Shown here piece by piece: positions 53,809-62,520 of a stretch of 62,520 nucleotides of DNA. The stretch is from a virus (Duplodnaviria > Caudoviricetes), in the IMG/VR virus record IMGVR_UViG_3300015050_000923, positions 1 to 62,520 of that record; one strand, given 5' to 3'. The notes beneath the pieces are model-generated. The model made no database searches. It worked only from the letters and a program-made list of their open reading frames with translations, and was not told the origin of the DNA. Within the stretch, counting starts at the first letter, position 1. Each line of letters begins with the position of its first letter. A program made the position numbers and the translations under genes.

Positions 53809-55752
53809 CTACGCTGCCTGCTTCGCCTGCACACGGTCCAGCAGGTCATGCAGGGCGGCGCAGATGTTGGTCAGGTCGTGGTGGTGGTACAACTTCGCGT
53901 TCTTGACGGTCGTTGCCTGAAAGCCGAGCGTTGCCAGGCCTTCTGCGGACAGGGCGATGGGGGACAGCAGGGCGTTGATGTCGCCCAGCTTCATGGTGGG
54001 CGGTGTGGCTGGTGCCGCTGCAGGCGCTGGCGCGGCGGCGGCGCGCATGGGCACCACGTTGGCGGCTGGTGCTGGGGCAGATGTTGCCGCTACCGGCGCA
54101 GGCTCTGCAGGTGCCGCCACTGCAGGTGCTGCGGCAGCCTTTTCCTCGGCTTTGACCAGCAGCGCACGGATCTGGGTGATCGCGGTGTCTTTGGCGGCCT
54201 GAGCGGTTGCCACGTGGTCGAAGAACTGGGCTTCGTCAATCACCCATGCTTCGGTCTCGGCCAAGGTTTCGCGGATGCACTCGATGGTGCCGCCCTTGCG
54301 CACGCCGGCGCGGCCCACGGTGGCGATCATCACCTGTTGGCGGATGCCTTCGATCTGGGAGTTGGCCAGGTTTGTTTGTTCTTCCTTGCGGATCCGCTCG
54401 CGGGTTGCTGCTTCCTCCAGCGCCACCTTGGCGGCGTGCTCGCTGATGCGGGATGTGACGAGCGTTTCCAGGTCGTCGTTTTCCTTGAGGATGATCTGGC
54501 TGACATCGTTGAACAGGAAGGCGTGGTCCTTGGCCTTCTCGCGCAGCACGGTCAGATTTTTGGTGATGCGCGTGGCGATGGCGTTGGCGGCGATCTTGGC
54601 GCGCGCCAGTTCGCTGTCGATCGCGTTTTTCATGCTGTCGAGGCTCTTGAGTCCGCTGGTGACGCCGGCGAAATCAGTGGGCACCGCGGGCATGTACGCC
54701 TTGGGGAAGGTGGCGTTGAGCTCGGCGATGAACGCGGCGAAGTCGGTGCCGCCTTTGGTCACGATCGCCAGCTTGCGGTTTGCCTTCTCGGTGGTGAACA
54801 GCTTGTTAGCCAGCAGACGGTTGGTGCGTGCCAGCTCCATGTACTGGGCGACCGTGGTTTGCATCTTGGCAATGCTCTCGGTCTGCGACAGCGCGCGCTT
54901 TTCGCCTTCTGCCAGTTCTTCCTCGGCACGCTTGAGCGTTTTGATCACCGTGTCCAGGTTGGCAAAGTCCTGGTCGGTTTCCGGCTTGAGGTTGATGGTG
55001 GCGACATAGTTCTCCAGGGCGGCGCCGAAGACGGTCAGGTTGTCGACCAGCGTGATGGAGCCTTCCACCTTCATCGACAGCGCCGGCAGGTGCACCACGG
55101 ACGCCGCGACGATCGGCGTGGCCATTTCCACCGGCTCGTAAGCCTCCAGGTCCTGCTCGAACTGCTCCCATCCAGCTGCTACAGCCGCAGCCAGTTCCGG
55201 ATCTGGCGTGTACCAGCAGTGGCGCTCCTCAACCAGGTCTTCACCGCGCCATTTGGACGCCATGAACAGCGTCTGCTCGGCAGACTTGCAGACCAGGTGC
55301 TGGTGCTCCATCTGCACGCGGTGGTACATCGGCAGCAGCTTGCCGCCTTCGGTGTCGCGCACGGCAGCGTCAAGGGTTTCGATCTGGGCGAAACAGGCGC
55401 GCAGCTCGTCGTTCAGGCTCTTGTGCTCGAAGTTCTTTTTGCGCAGCATCGTCAGGCCGTCGAAGCTGGCCGACAGCTTGCCCTCGGTACCGACCACCGG
55501 GTAAAGGTCCTCGCCGATGAACTCCTCGGCCAGCGGACGCGCCAGGGCCTCGAAGCGGTGGCCGTCGTCAAAGCGGCGCTGGCCTTCGGCGCTGACTTCG
55601 GCGGCAATGCCGGTCTTGAGTTCGTGCAGCAGCTGGTTGCGCGACTTGTACGGCGAGCAACCCATCATGGCAGCAGCATCGCTGGCGTTGAAGTGGCTGC
55701 GGCGGTGGGCCAGCCATTCGGCGGTGCCCTGGGTGAGTTTGAGGGTTTTCAT
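53809..55752 (-). CDS. YqaJ-like recombination exonuclease with long coiled-coil extension
   Basis: QGTAEWL, ASD, GHRFE, ASFDG, EHK, QMEHQ. Confidence 0.92.
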   Translation of the reverse strand: MKTLKLTQGTAEWLAHRRSHFNASDAAAMMGCSPYKSRNQLLHELKTGIAAEVSAEGQRRFDDGHRFEALARPLAEEFIGEDLYPVVGTEGKLSASFDGLTMLRKKNFEHKSLNDELRACFAQIETLDAAVRDTEGGKLLPMYHRVQMEHQHLVCKSAEQTLFMASKWRGEDLVEERHCWYTPDPELAAAVAAGWEQFEQDLEAYEPVEMATPIVAASVVHLPALSMKVEGSITLVDNLTVFGAALENYVATINLKPETDQDFANLDTVIKTLKRAEEELAEGEKRALSQTESIAKMQTTVAQYMELARTNRLLANKLFTTEKANRKLAIVTKGGTDFAAFIAELNATFPKAYMPAVPTDFAGVTSGLKSLDSMKNAIDSELARAKIAANAIATRITKNLTVLREKAKDHAFLFNDVSQIILKENDDLETLVTSRISEHAAKVALEEAATRERIRKEEQTNLANSQIEGIRQQVMIATVGRAGVRKGGTIECIRETLAETEAWVIDEAQFFDHVATAQAAKDTAITQIRALLVKAEEKAAAAPAVAAPAEPAPVAATSAPAPAANVVPMRAAAAPAPAAAPATPPTMKLGDINALLSPIALSAEGLATLGFQATTVKNAKLYHHHDLTNICAALHDLLDRVQAKQAA

Positions 55753-56741
55753 TGCTTTTCTCCTGTGGTTGGTTTGACTGCCCAGCTGGCGATTTCGACC
55801 TTCTGGTCGGTCGTCAGCAGTTCCTTGGTTTCGACGGTGGCGATGAGCTCGTTGACGTCCTGAATGCCCTGCTCGATCGCGGCTTTCCAGCCGGCCTTGC
55901 GTTTGTCGAAGGCCTCGGGCGTGCAGGTGGGCAGCGTCTTTTGTTCCTGCTGCTGGCCGCCCTGGTCATCGGCACCGTCGTCGTCACTGTCCTGGCGGTC
56001 GGGGATGTGGACGAAGTTGCCGTCGATGATCACGTTGCCATTGCGGCCGGCCTCGGCGTGGTTCGACGCCGCGATGGCGTTGGACAGCTCGATGGATGCC
56101 GGCATGTACTTGAGCACCTGCAGCAGCGGCACCTTGCGCGCATACATTTCCCAGTCGCGGAAGCTGTAATGCCGCTCGCCGACCTTGTTGTATTTGTTGC
56201 GGTGGCGGGTGACCTTTGCGGCAGACCAGACCTCGATCACCGGCCACTCACTGCCATTTACGCGACCGATGGCGTACACGTAAATCAGCTTGCTCGGGTC
56301 GTTTTCCTCGCCCGGCTTGTGGCTGACAAACGGCCGATCGCCCAGGGCATAGTCGAAGTGGTCGCCCTCGAAGACGGCGCCGGTCCATGTCGTGCAACGG
56401 CCGGAGCGGTTTGCGATGTCCTGCAGGCCTTTCCACCCGGGCACGAACGTGCAGATGCTGATGCGCTTGCGCTTGTCGTAGTAGGGAATCAGGTAGCCCT
56501 GGCCGTTGACACCGGGCTCGAGGCCCAGCGTGGCGGCGGTCATGATGGATCCGGCGATGCTGATGGGATCGCAGTCCTGCAACGCCGGGTTGCTGCTGAA
56601 CTGCGTGCATGCCAGCCGCGCCATTCGATCGGCGTGCATATGCTTGGGCAGCGCCAGGGACAGTTGCCCCTTGTACGTGTCCATGAATTTGCTGAACTTG
56701 ACGACAGGGTTTACCTGCTTTTCTGCGAGTTGATTACTCAT
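55749..56741 (-). CDS. recT: RecT family recombinase
   Basis: LGLEPG...GQGYLIPY, PGWKGL, EMYARK..L. Confidence 0.93.
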   Translation of the reverse strand: MSNQLAEKQVNPVVKFSKFMDTYKGQLSLALPKHMHADRMARLACTQFSSNPALQDCDPISIAGSIMTAATLGLEPGVNGQGYLIPYYDKRKRISICTFVPGWKGLQDIANRSGRCTTWTGAVFEGDHFDYALGDRPFVSHKPGEENDPSKLIYVYAIGRVNGSEWPVIEVWSAAKVTRHRNKYNKVGERHYSFRDWEMYARKVPLLQVLKYMPASIELSNAIAASNHAEAGRNGNVIIDGNFVHIPDRQDSDDDGADDQGGQQQEQKTLPTCTPEAFDKRKAGWKAAIEQGIQDVNELIATVETKELLTTDQKVEIASWAVKPTTGEKQ

Positions 56742-56759
56742 GTTGTCCTCAGTGGTTGA

Positions 56760-57125
56760 TCAAAAAAAGTAGCGATAGAGACCGAAGGCGATGGCGCCCA
56801 GCGCGCCGCTGATCACCACGGGCGGAACCCATGCGGGTGTGGTGAACCAGTCGTAAGGCAGGTTTTCCGCTGGTGCTGTTGGCTGCGGGAGTTCGTGGCA
56901 ATGCACGCGGCGCAGCGGGTAATTCATCACCCGGTCCAGCGTGGCGTTGTTGAAGCTGCAGTCCACATCGCAGTCGTTCGGGCACATGCGGTTGGGCTGG
57001 CCGTCGCAGGGGCGCTTGACCACGTTCAGGTTTGTGCGGGGCACCTCGCGGCGCGGCGGTGTCTCGCGGCATGCGATACAGCCGGGGGCAAGGGTGCAAT
57101 TGTCAAATTCGTCGCAGCAAATCAC
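56760..57125 (-). CDS. Cys-rich protein with C-terminal TM
   Basis: Multiple Cys; hydrophobic tail. Confidence 0.55.
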   Translation of the reverse strand: MICCDEFDNCTLAPGCIACRETPPRREVPRTNLNVVKRPCDGQPNRMCPNDCDVDCSFNNATLDRVMNYPLRRVHCHELPQPTAPAENLPYDWFTTPAWVPPVVISGALGAIAFGLYRYFF

Positions 57126-57409
57126 AGCATCACCTGCGCTTTCGCAACACCAGGCCCGCGGCGCGGCCGGCAGACCAGGCTTCCGTCAGCAGTCCACAAG
57201 GCAACGCTTTCACCGTGGGCTTCACGGCACAGCGCCTGCGCAGCGGCTTCGCGCTTGGCGGTTCCGGCTTCGCTGTCCTGCAGGGCCTTGAGGTTGTCGG
57301 ACTGAGACCATTCGCTTTCGTGGTCCTCGGGACCGTCAAGGCAGCCGCCCAGACCGCCCAGCACCAGGATGAAGAACAGAAGGGCAGCGTTATTTTTGAG
57401 GGCGTTCAT
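57122..57409 (-). CDS. Putative lipoprotein
   Basis: LGGC lipobox-like signal. Confidence 0.6.
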   Translation of the reverse strand: MNALKNNAALLFFILVLGGLGGCLDGPEDHESEWSQSDNLKALQDSEAGTAKREAAAQALCREAHGESVALWTADGSLVCRPRRGPGVAKAQVML

Positions 57410-57747
57410 GCTGGATCACCAACTTCAAGGGATTCATCGGAAAGGTCCTTGCCGAACTTCTGGGCAGCAGCCAGGGCGGCAGGGTTGAGGGCAGGGCGCG
57501 CGGCAGGTGCGCGCATGCCCCAGGCTTCGCGCAGCGCCGCGGTATCGCAGGCCATGGAATTGAGGTTCAGGGACTCGCTGCGGCCCATGCACAGCGGCAG
57601 GCCGTCGAAGTCCCATTCGATGAAGCCGGCGGAAATGGGGGTCGACTTCACGGCGCGCGCAAGGTAGACGTGCTGGCCGGTTGCGCTGGGGCAGGTGGCA
57701 AAGCCCGCATCGGTGCGGACGTATTTGAGTTGGGGGCGGTCGCTCAT
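57406..57747 (-). CDS. Hypothetical protein
   Basis: ATGA coupling. Confidence 0.65.
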   Translation of the reverse strand: MSDRPQLKYVRTDAGFATCPSATGQHVYLARAVKSTPISAGFIEWDFDGLPLCMGRSESLNLNSMACDTAALREAWGMRAPAARPALNPAALAAAQKFGKDLSDESLEVGDPA

Positions 57748-58790
57748 GCTGACACCCGATCAGTCACGCCATCCTGATACCCATGGCTCGGCACGCGCAG
57801 GCTGCCGCAGTAGCGCTCAGTGCCATCCCAATAGACGCGCCAGAACGGGCCAGCTGGTTCGTTTCGCTGGGCGCGGCCCAGTTCGAGGTAATAAACCGGC
57901 GCCTTGGGCATTTCCCACTCCGCACGATATGGCTCAAGGCGAACGCCGTAGCTGTGCTGTACGCGCGCAATGGGCACGTGGGCGCAGTGCCTGGCCATAA
58001 TGCGCAGGAACAAGTCCTCGGTGATATAGAGGCCGCCACAGCCTCCGCGCTGATGCCACTGGCGATTCTTTTTCCAGCCATACGCCGGCTCAGAACAATC
58101 GCTCGTGCTGACCTCGACATAACCCGCTGGTGCGCCGCCATGCCACGGGCCGCGCAGCACCAGGGCGCTGCCATCCAGCATGGTCATCCAGATGTTGGCG
58201 CCGCCAAAGCCGCCCTGTTCAGTCGTGGCCGTGGCGAGTTGTGTTTCGACGCGCGCTTCGGCGCTGTAGTAGCCACGTTCGCGCAGCCAATTCAGATGCT
58301 TTTCGCCGTCGGCCTGGGCGGCTTCGAGCGTGCTGGCGTGCCGCCATTGGGTCCACGTCGCGCGAATGCTCAGGACGTGGTCAGCCCAGCCCTCCTCTGG
58401 CGTGACATTCCAGCCATACGTGCCGTGGTGGTCGGCAGGCTGCTTTGGTATCGAGCCAGCGTCTGCAAACCGGTAGGCCGCGCACTGTGAACGGGCGCCG
58501 TCGTGGTAGTAGACCCGCGCGCGGCCATCCGAGTGGCGCGTGATGTACATCTTGGCGCCTTCCTTCGCCCAGCGCTGTTCATCCCAGTTGTAGACATCGC
58601 CGGCGACCTTCAACTTCACGGTGGGCGCGTTGCTGGCACCGTTCATCCAGTCAACATGCGCGCCCTTCACCCAGTCGGGCAAAGGTTGGCGGCCGGTCGG
58701 CCGTGGCACGTCGCCCCATCCGGAAATGCCGGTTCCACCCAGCACGGCCATCTGCTCGTCGCTCAGCGACCAGTCCTGCGCGGCGCTCAC
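57744..58790 (-). CDS. Hypothetical Trp/Gly-rich protein
   Basis: GTG start overlapping upstream stop; GFGG, LRGPWHGG. Confidence 0.7.
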   Translation of the reverse strand: MSAAQDWSLSDEQMAVLGGTGISGWGDVPRPTGRQPLPDWVKGAHVDWMNGASNAPTVKLKVAGDVYNWDEQRWAKEGAKMYITRHSDGRARVYYHDGARSQCAAYRFADAGSIPKQPADHHGTYGWNVTPEEGWADHVLSIRATWTQWRHASTLEAAQADGEKHLNWLRERGYYSAEARVETQLATATTEQGGFGGANIWMTMLDGSALVLRGPWHGGAPAGYVEVSTSDCSEPAYGWKKNRQWHQRGGCGGLYITEDLFLRIMARHCAHVPIARVQHSYGVRLEPYRAEWEMPKAPVYYLELGRAQRNEPAGPFWRVYWDGTERYCGSLRVPSHGYQDGVTDRVSA

Positions 58791-58981
58791 AGGAACCGCC
58801 CTGGCCGAGCCTGCAGCTCGCGGTGTTCGAGGTCGTCCTGCTGCGCACGCGCTGCCCGTGCAGCTTCTGGGCTGACAAACGTGATGCCGCCATAGGTGCA
58901 TTGGTTTGTCGGTGTGGTGGGCCGGGCTTGCTGCGCGGCCAGTGCTTGTGCCAGCACCGTGGCGGTGATTTGGGCGCTCAC
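58787..58981 (-). CDS. Hypothetical protein
   Basis: Coupled on both sides. Confidence 0.55.
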   Translation of the reverse strand: MSAQITATVLAQALAAQQARPTTPTNQCTYGGITFVSPEAARAARAQQDDLEHRELQARPGRFL

Positions 58982-59304
58982 GACTTCGCCTCGTTGGTGA
59001 GCGCCAGCAGGCTATTCAGCTTGACCGTCAGGTTGGTGATCGCGTTTTCGGCATCCGCGCGGACCTTGGTGATTTCGGCTCTCAGGCTGGCTGCTTTGTT
59101 CTCGACCAGCTCTTTCTCGTCATCGAGCTCCACCGTGACCGTTGCGGTTCCCGCTTTGCAGTACCCACTGCTGCTGGTGATGTCGTAAGACGTGAAGGTG
59201 AGCGCCTTCAGCGCCATTGCCTCGTCCGGATTTTTCAGCTGGTCCGGGTCGCTGTATTCGGACAGCGACACGTACAACGTGCCGGTAATTTTGCGTTTTG
59301 CCAC
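58978..59304 (-). CDS. Hypothetical protein, early pL operon
   Basis: GGGAG RBS, GTG start, C-terminal coiled coil. Confidence 0.65.
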   Translation of the reverse strand: MAKRKITGTLYVSLSEYSDPDQLKNPDEAMALKALTFTSYDITSSSGYCKAGTATVTVELDDEKELVENKAASLRAEITKVRADAENAITNLTVKLNSLLALTNEAKS

Positions 59305-59560
59305 TTGCGTCTCCCACCCGGTTGATGAAAGAGAGCGATTCGGTGGAGCGGCTGGGCTGCGTTCGCTTGTGCTCATCGCCTCCTGCCGGTTCAGCGCCGG
59401 GGGAATCGCTCCCGCCATGCAGCCGCCCCTCCGAATCACTCTCCACTCACGCCATCCAGCTGCAAGGCACCGCCTCTAGAACCGCCGCGCCCCTCGGGTT
59501 GGCTGTGGCCAGGTATGCGGACTGGCCGGGTTCGTATCGCTTTTTGGAGTGATGATTTGG

Positions 59561-59620
59561 AGAATAGCGTTTGCTACCTTGACTGTCAATAGCAAATGCT
59601 ACGGCGATAGCAAATATTTT
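59561..59620 (-). promoter_or_regulatory. pL promoter with OL operators
   Basis: Minus strand TTGACA(59589-59584)-17-TATTCT(59566-59561); operators ATAGCGTTTGCTAC 59564, ATAGCAAATGCTAC 59589, half site 59607. Confidence 0.88.
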
Positions 59621-59631
59621 TCAGAGGACGT

Positions 59632-59655
59632 AAAAAAACCCGCCGAAGCGGGTTT
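59632..59655 (-). terminator. Terminator of the repressor transcript
   Basis: AAACCCGC-CGAA-GCGGGTTT (UUCG loop and U-run on minus strand). Confidence 0.85.
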
Positions 59656-59669
59656 GTGGGGTGGGGCTC

Positions 59670-59930
59670 TCAACCCTTTTTCAGGGACCATCGCCAGCGG
59701 ATGGCTCGGTCGACATAGCGCACGGCGGCCAGTGCCTCCTCGGGATTGTCCCAGTACCGGCCGGCCATGCCCAGCCTGGGGTCGCCGTCCTCGAACTGAG
59801 CGACGACCAGGAGGTCCCTCAGCTCTCGTACCCGGGTGTGTTCTTTCAGTTCATCTATCACCTGCTCAGCCGCGCTTCTTTGCAGGGGGAACTGCAGGAT
59901 CTGCGCGTTCATCATCGGAGGGGTTACCAT
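59670..59930 (-). CDS. Hypothetical protein co-transcribed with cI
   Basis: Overlaps cI 3' end, precedes terminator; AQILQFP start motif. Confidence 0.6.
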   Translation of the reverse strand: MVTPPMMNAQILQFPLQRSAAEQVIDELKEHTRVRELRDLLVVAQFEDGDPRLGMAGRYWDNPEEALAAVRYVDRAIRWRWSLKKG

Positions 59931-60483
59931 AAGAAAATGCCTTCGTCAGTGCGGGACCGAACACAATAGTTCTATCTGCACCTTGCATCTTGGCTGAATC
60001 CTTGATATTTTTTGTATCGGGTATTCCCAGCCTGTCAGATTTACCAGACCCCCATGTTTGTGGGAGGTTGTTGCGCTGAATCAGGTCGAGCAGCCACACC
60101 GACCACTGTCCTTCGGGGTTTCGCGCTAGGCCAGAGAGCACTGCAGCTGCTGTTTCGCGGTCTGGGCCTGGCATTGCGAGCAGGGCCTGGGTCAGGGCGG
60201 CGATCGCCTGGGCGGCCGTGACTGCTGCGTAGGTGGCTGGAGGCTCGGCGGCCAGTGTTCCTGACGACTGAGCGCTGAACCAGTTTTTGCCTGCTGGCAG
60301 CCCGTGGATTTGTTCGATCGTCTTCTCGCTGATCGGGCGATCACCACGCAACATCTGCCCGACAAAAGCACCATCCTTGTACCCCAGCGCGCGGCCAAGT
60401 TCGGCCTTGCTGCCGCCGAATTTCTGATCCACCAGAGCCTGCAGGCGCTCCTTCCGGTGGTCGATTACCGCTTGTCTGTTCAT
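59866..60483 (-). CDS. cI: CI-like repressor (HTH, no S24 peptidase domain)
   Basis: RKERLQAL...GSKAELGRALG...VGQML.G.RPISEKT; divergent from cro. Confidence 0.8.
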   Translation of the reverse strand: MNRQAVIDHRKERLQALVDQKFGGSKAELGRALGYKDGAFVGQMLRGDRPISEKTIEQIHGLPAGKNWFSAQSSGTLAAEPPATYAAVTAAQAIAALTQALLAMPGPDRETAAAVLSGLARNPEGQWSVWLLDLIQRNNLPQTWGSGKSDRLGIPDTKNIKDSAKMQGADRTIVFGPALTKAFSYGNPSDDERADPAVPPAKKRG

Positions 60484-60492
60484 GGAATAACC

Positions 60493-60550
60493 GTAGCACG
60501 CGCTAGGAAAGCATTTGCTACTTGACGGACGGTAGCAAATGCTATCCAAT
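60493..60550 (+). promoter_or_regulatory. OR operators and pR
   Basis: GTAGCACGCGCTAG 60493, AAAGCATTTGCTAC 60508, GTAGCAAATGCTAT 60532; -35 TTGACG 60522. Confidence 0.85.
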
Positions 60551-60558
60551 ACCGATTT

Positions 60559-60831
60559 ATGAACCTCCACGACTACCTCAATTCGCCTGATGCCATGGCA
60601 ATTACAGCCCTAGCGGCTGCCATCGGCATCAAGAACGTGGCCCAGCTGCGCCAGTGGCAACACGGATATGCCGGACGAATCCCAGGCCCTGAAAACTGCG
60701 TGGCCATGGAGCAGGTGACCAACGGCGCCATCAGGCGCTGGGATCTTCGCCCGAGCGACTGGCATCTGATCTGGCCCGAACTGATCGGTGTTGAAGGCGC
60801 GCCTGCAGTCCCTGCACCCCAGGAGGCATGA
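60559..60831 (+). CDS. cro: Cro/YdaS-like regulator
   Basis: LAAAIG...QLRQW...P..C..ME..T.G.I.RWDLRP.DW..IWPEL. Confidence 0.88.
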   Translation: MNLHDYLNSPDAMAITALAAAIGIKNVAQLRQWQHGYAGRIPGPENCVAMEQVTNGAIRRWDLRPSDWHLIWPELIGVEGAPAVPAPQEA

Positions 60832-60834
60832 GCT

Positions 60835-61197
60835 ATGGCCGGCAATCGTGGCAGACCAAAAGCCGTACTGGCTCGGTACGACGCTGGCGGACGGGCTCCG
60901 GCTCTGTATCTCATCGAGGTTGGCGACCTGGTCAAGGTGGGCCGCTCGAGCATGCCGCACTGCCGCTTGCGCGAGCTGCACACGAAATCCGTGACGCGCG
61001 GGCTCGCTGTCGGGCGATTCTTGACTTTTCCCATGGCCGATACGGACCTCAGCGGGCGCGAATCCGCCTGTATCAGGGCGCTGGCAGCCGTCGCAACGAG
61101 CCGCCCGTCCATTCGTTCCGAATATTTCCGCGGCGTCCCTTTTGAACACGCGGTCGCCGTGGTTCGGGATGTTCTGCGTACCCCATCGAAGGCCTGA
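60835..61197 (+). CDS. T5orf172/GIY-YIG-like protein
   Basis: LYLI...VKVGRS...RLREL...SEYF. Confidence 0.7.
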   Translation: MAGNRGRPKAVLARYDAGGRAPALYLIEVGDLVKVGRSSMPHCRLRELHTKSVTRGLAVGRFLTFPMADTDLSGRESACIRALAAVATSRPSIRSEYFRGVPFEHAVAVVRDVLRTPSKA

Positions 61198-61200
61198 CCC

Positions 61201-61386
61201 ATGCACCAGATCACCCCCATCACCGCCCTGACCCGCTCCGAACTGCGCGACATGGCCCAGGGCTGCGCAGACCGCGGCGAGCCATTGCACGAGTGCAACC
61301 CCTGCGAGCCGGGCACGACTGCGCACCTGAACTTCGAGCACGACTACCTCGAACGCCGGCTCTCTTACGAAACCGCCGACGCTTGA
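61201..61386 (+). CDS. Hypothetical protein
   Basis: NP..PGT motif; operon position. Confidence 0.6.
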   Translation: MHQITPITALTRSELRDMAQGCADRGEPLHECNPCEPGTTAHLNFEHDYLERRLSYETADA

Positions 61387-61479
61387 TTTCATCCAGTGGG
61401 GCAGGGCGTCTGCGACCTGCACCCACGGCGAGTTTTTCGCAGGCACTGATTTCAGCAATAACACCGGGACGACAAAAAC

Positions 61480-61779
61480 ATGATCAATCCAGACGACAGC
61501 AACGACGACTCGCTGGCTTTCTCTCGAGCCTCTGTGAACGGCCCTTTTGGCAACCTTGAGCATCGAATCTCGACCGATGTGGACGGGGAAACATTCCTCA
61601 TGTTCACCAAGGCGGTCAGGGAAGCGGGGACCGACCGCGCCGGCGCTGTGCGCGACTGGGTTTACATGATTGCTCGGGGTCAAACCTACACGGACTTTAT
61701 GCGTCATGCCGAGAAGGTTAATCGGGACAAACTGTTCGGTACAGCACCGATGCAGGTCCTAAATAGGACCGAAAAATGA
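61480..61779 (+). CDS. Putative CII-like/ribbon-helix-helix regulator
   Basis: Position after cro; RIST.VD.ET...G.D.AGAVRDW. Confidence 0.5.
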   Translation: MINPDDSNDDSLAFSRASVNGPFGNLEHRISTDVDGETFLMFTKAVREAGTDRAGAVRDWVYMIARGQTYTDFMRHAEKVNRDKLFGTAPMQVLNRTEK

Positions 61780-62084
61780 GCAGCGTGCTGAGCGCATTCA
61801 ACTGGCGCGGCCAGCCCAGCACCGTCGGCAAAAGCCTGATCAAGGCCACCGGCACGGCACCGCCTGCCAAGAACCACCCCATGCGCAAGGCCAAGCCGAA
61901 GCTAAGCCAGGACAACGCCTTCACCGGCGCCGGCTGCCAGATCAAGCCTGAGCGCCAGCCTCCTGCGGTCTACAAAACCCCGGGCCTTGTCACGCCATCG
62001 AACAACGGATTCAGCATTCCATCGCGGCTGCAGGCCCAGGCGGATACGGATCGGCGCCGGGGCATTGTCAAGGGTGGCATCTGA
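61776..62084 (+). CDS. Hypothetical basic protein
   Basis: Coupled to neighbours. Confidence 0.6.
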   Translation: MSSVLSAFNWRGQPSTVGKSLIKATGTAPPAKNHPMRKAKPKLSQDNAFTGAGCQIKPERQPPAVYKTPGLVTPSNNGFSIPSRLQAQADTDRRRGIVKGGI

Positions 62085-62458
62085 TGTTCACCCTGCACCA
62101 GGGCGACTGCATCGAGGTGATGCGCGCCATGCCAGACAACAGCGTCGACAGTTTCGTCACGGATCCTCCGTACCACCTAACGAACAACGGTGGCGGGCCC
62201 AGCGGAAAGGGCAAAGACAACGCCTACAGCCGATCGCGTGCTGGCGCAACCACAGGCGGCTTCATGGGCATGGCCTGGGACGGCGGGGACATCGCCCAGA
62301 ATCCGGCCGTCTGGATCGAGGCGCTGCGGATCCTCAAGCCCGGCGGGTACCTGCTGGCATTCAGCGGCAGCCGGACCTACCACCGCATGGCGGTAGCTAT
62401 CGAGGACGCGGGCTTCGAGATCCGCGACCAGATCATGTGGATTTACGGCAGCGGATTT
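62084..62458 (+). CDS. DNA N6/N4-methyltransferase, N-terminal part (continues at the window start)
   Basis: MFTLHQGDCIEVMRAMPDNSVDSFVTDPPY...LRILKPGG; not in ORF track. Confidence 0.92.
62344..62458 (+). repeat. Terminal direct repeat, copy 2
   Basis: Matches 1-115. Confidence 0.97.
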
Positions 62459-62520
62459 AAATCCGCTGCCGTAAATCCACATGATCTGGTCGCGGATCTC
62501 GAAGCCCGCGTCCTCGATAG
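62397..62520. other. Perfect 62-bp-arm fold-back palindrome at the contig end (probable library/assembly chimera)
   Basis: 62459-62520 is the exact reverse complement of 62397-62458. Confidence 0.9.

Larger units (their letters stand above)
1..62458. mobile_element. Temperate tailed phage genome (podovirus-like virion, lambdoid control region), circularly permuted
   Basis: Full complement of replication, packaging, head, tail, lysis, integration and immunity genes; terminal direct repeat; intact attP-like region. Confidence 0.96.

Noticed and set aside
62397-62520. Terminal palindrome as a protelomerase hairpin telomere (N15-like linear prophage)
   Set aside because: No protelomerase or partition operon; it interrupts a methylase that continues normally at position 116; an integrase and attP are present
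1-62520. CRISPR array, diversity-generating retroelement or IS element
   Set aside because: No regularly spaced repeat-spacer array, no reverse transcriptase or TR/VR pair, no transposase seen

Overview
The window is an essentially complete, circularly permuted genome (unit length about 62,343 bp; bases 1-115 repeat at 62344-62458) of a GC-rich temperate phage with a lambdoid regulatory layout and a podovirus-type virion module. The host is probably a betaproteobacterium (Comamonadaceae-like; inference). Order on the + strand: DNA N6/N4-methylase spanning the circular junction, replication initiator with iterons, DnaB, RuvC-like, HNH, nin-like region, late promoter with three terminators and a structured non-coding RNA segment, terminase, portal, scaffold, N4-gp56-type capsid, adaptor/nozzle, two receptor-binding proteins, lysis cassette, ejection proteins and a 3070-aa polyvalent protein. 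Then come leftward morons, an intact attP, tyrosine integrase and AlpA/Xis. A long leftward early operon follows (two J-domain proteins, TrpF-like barrel, deaminase, dual-frame C5 methylase, exonuclease, YqaJ/RecT), and finally the cI/cro switch with clear operators. The most unusual signals are: a C5 methylase whose motifs are split between two fully overlapping reading frames; a fixed-spacing dispersed repeat that is translated inside genes; an attP that appears to carry a replacement 5' end of a host gene; twin 31-aa membrane microproteins; tandem J-domain genes; a repressor lacking an autocleavage domain; and structured RNA leaders. No CRISPR array, tRNA, rRNA or reverse transcriptase was seen. 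All family assignments are from motif recognition, not database searches.
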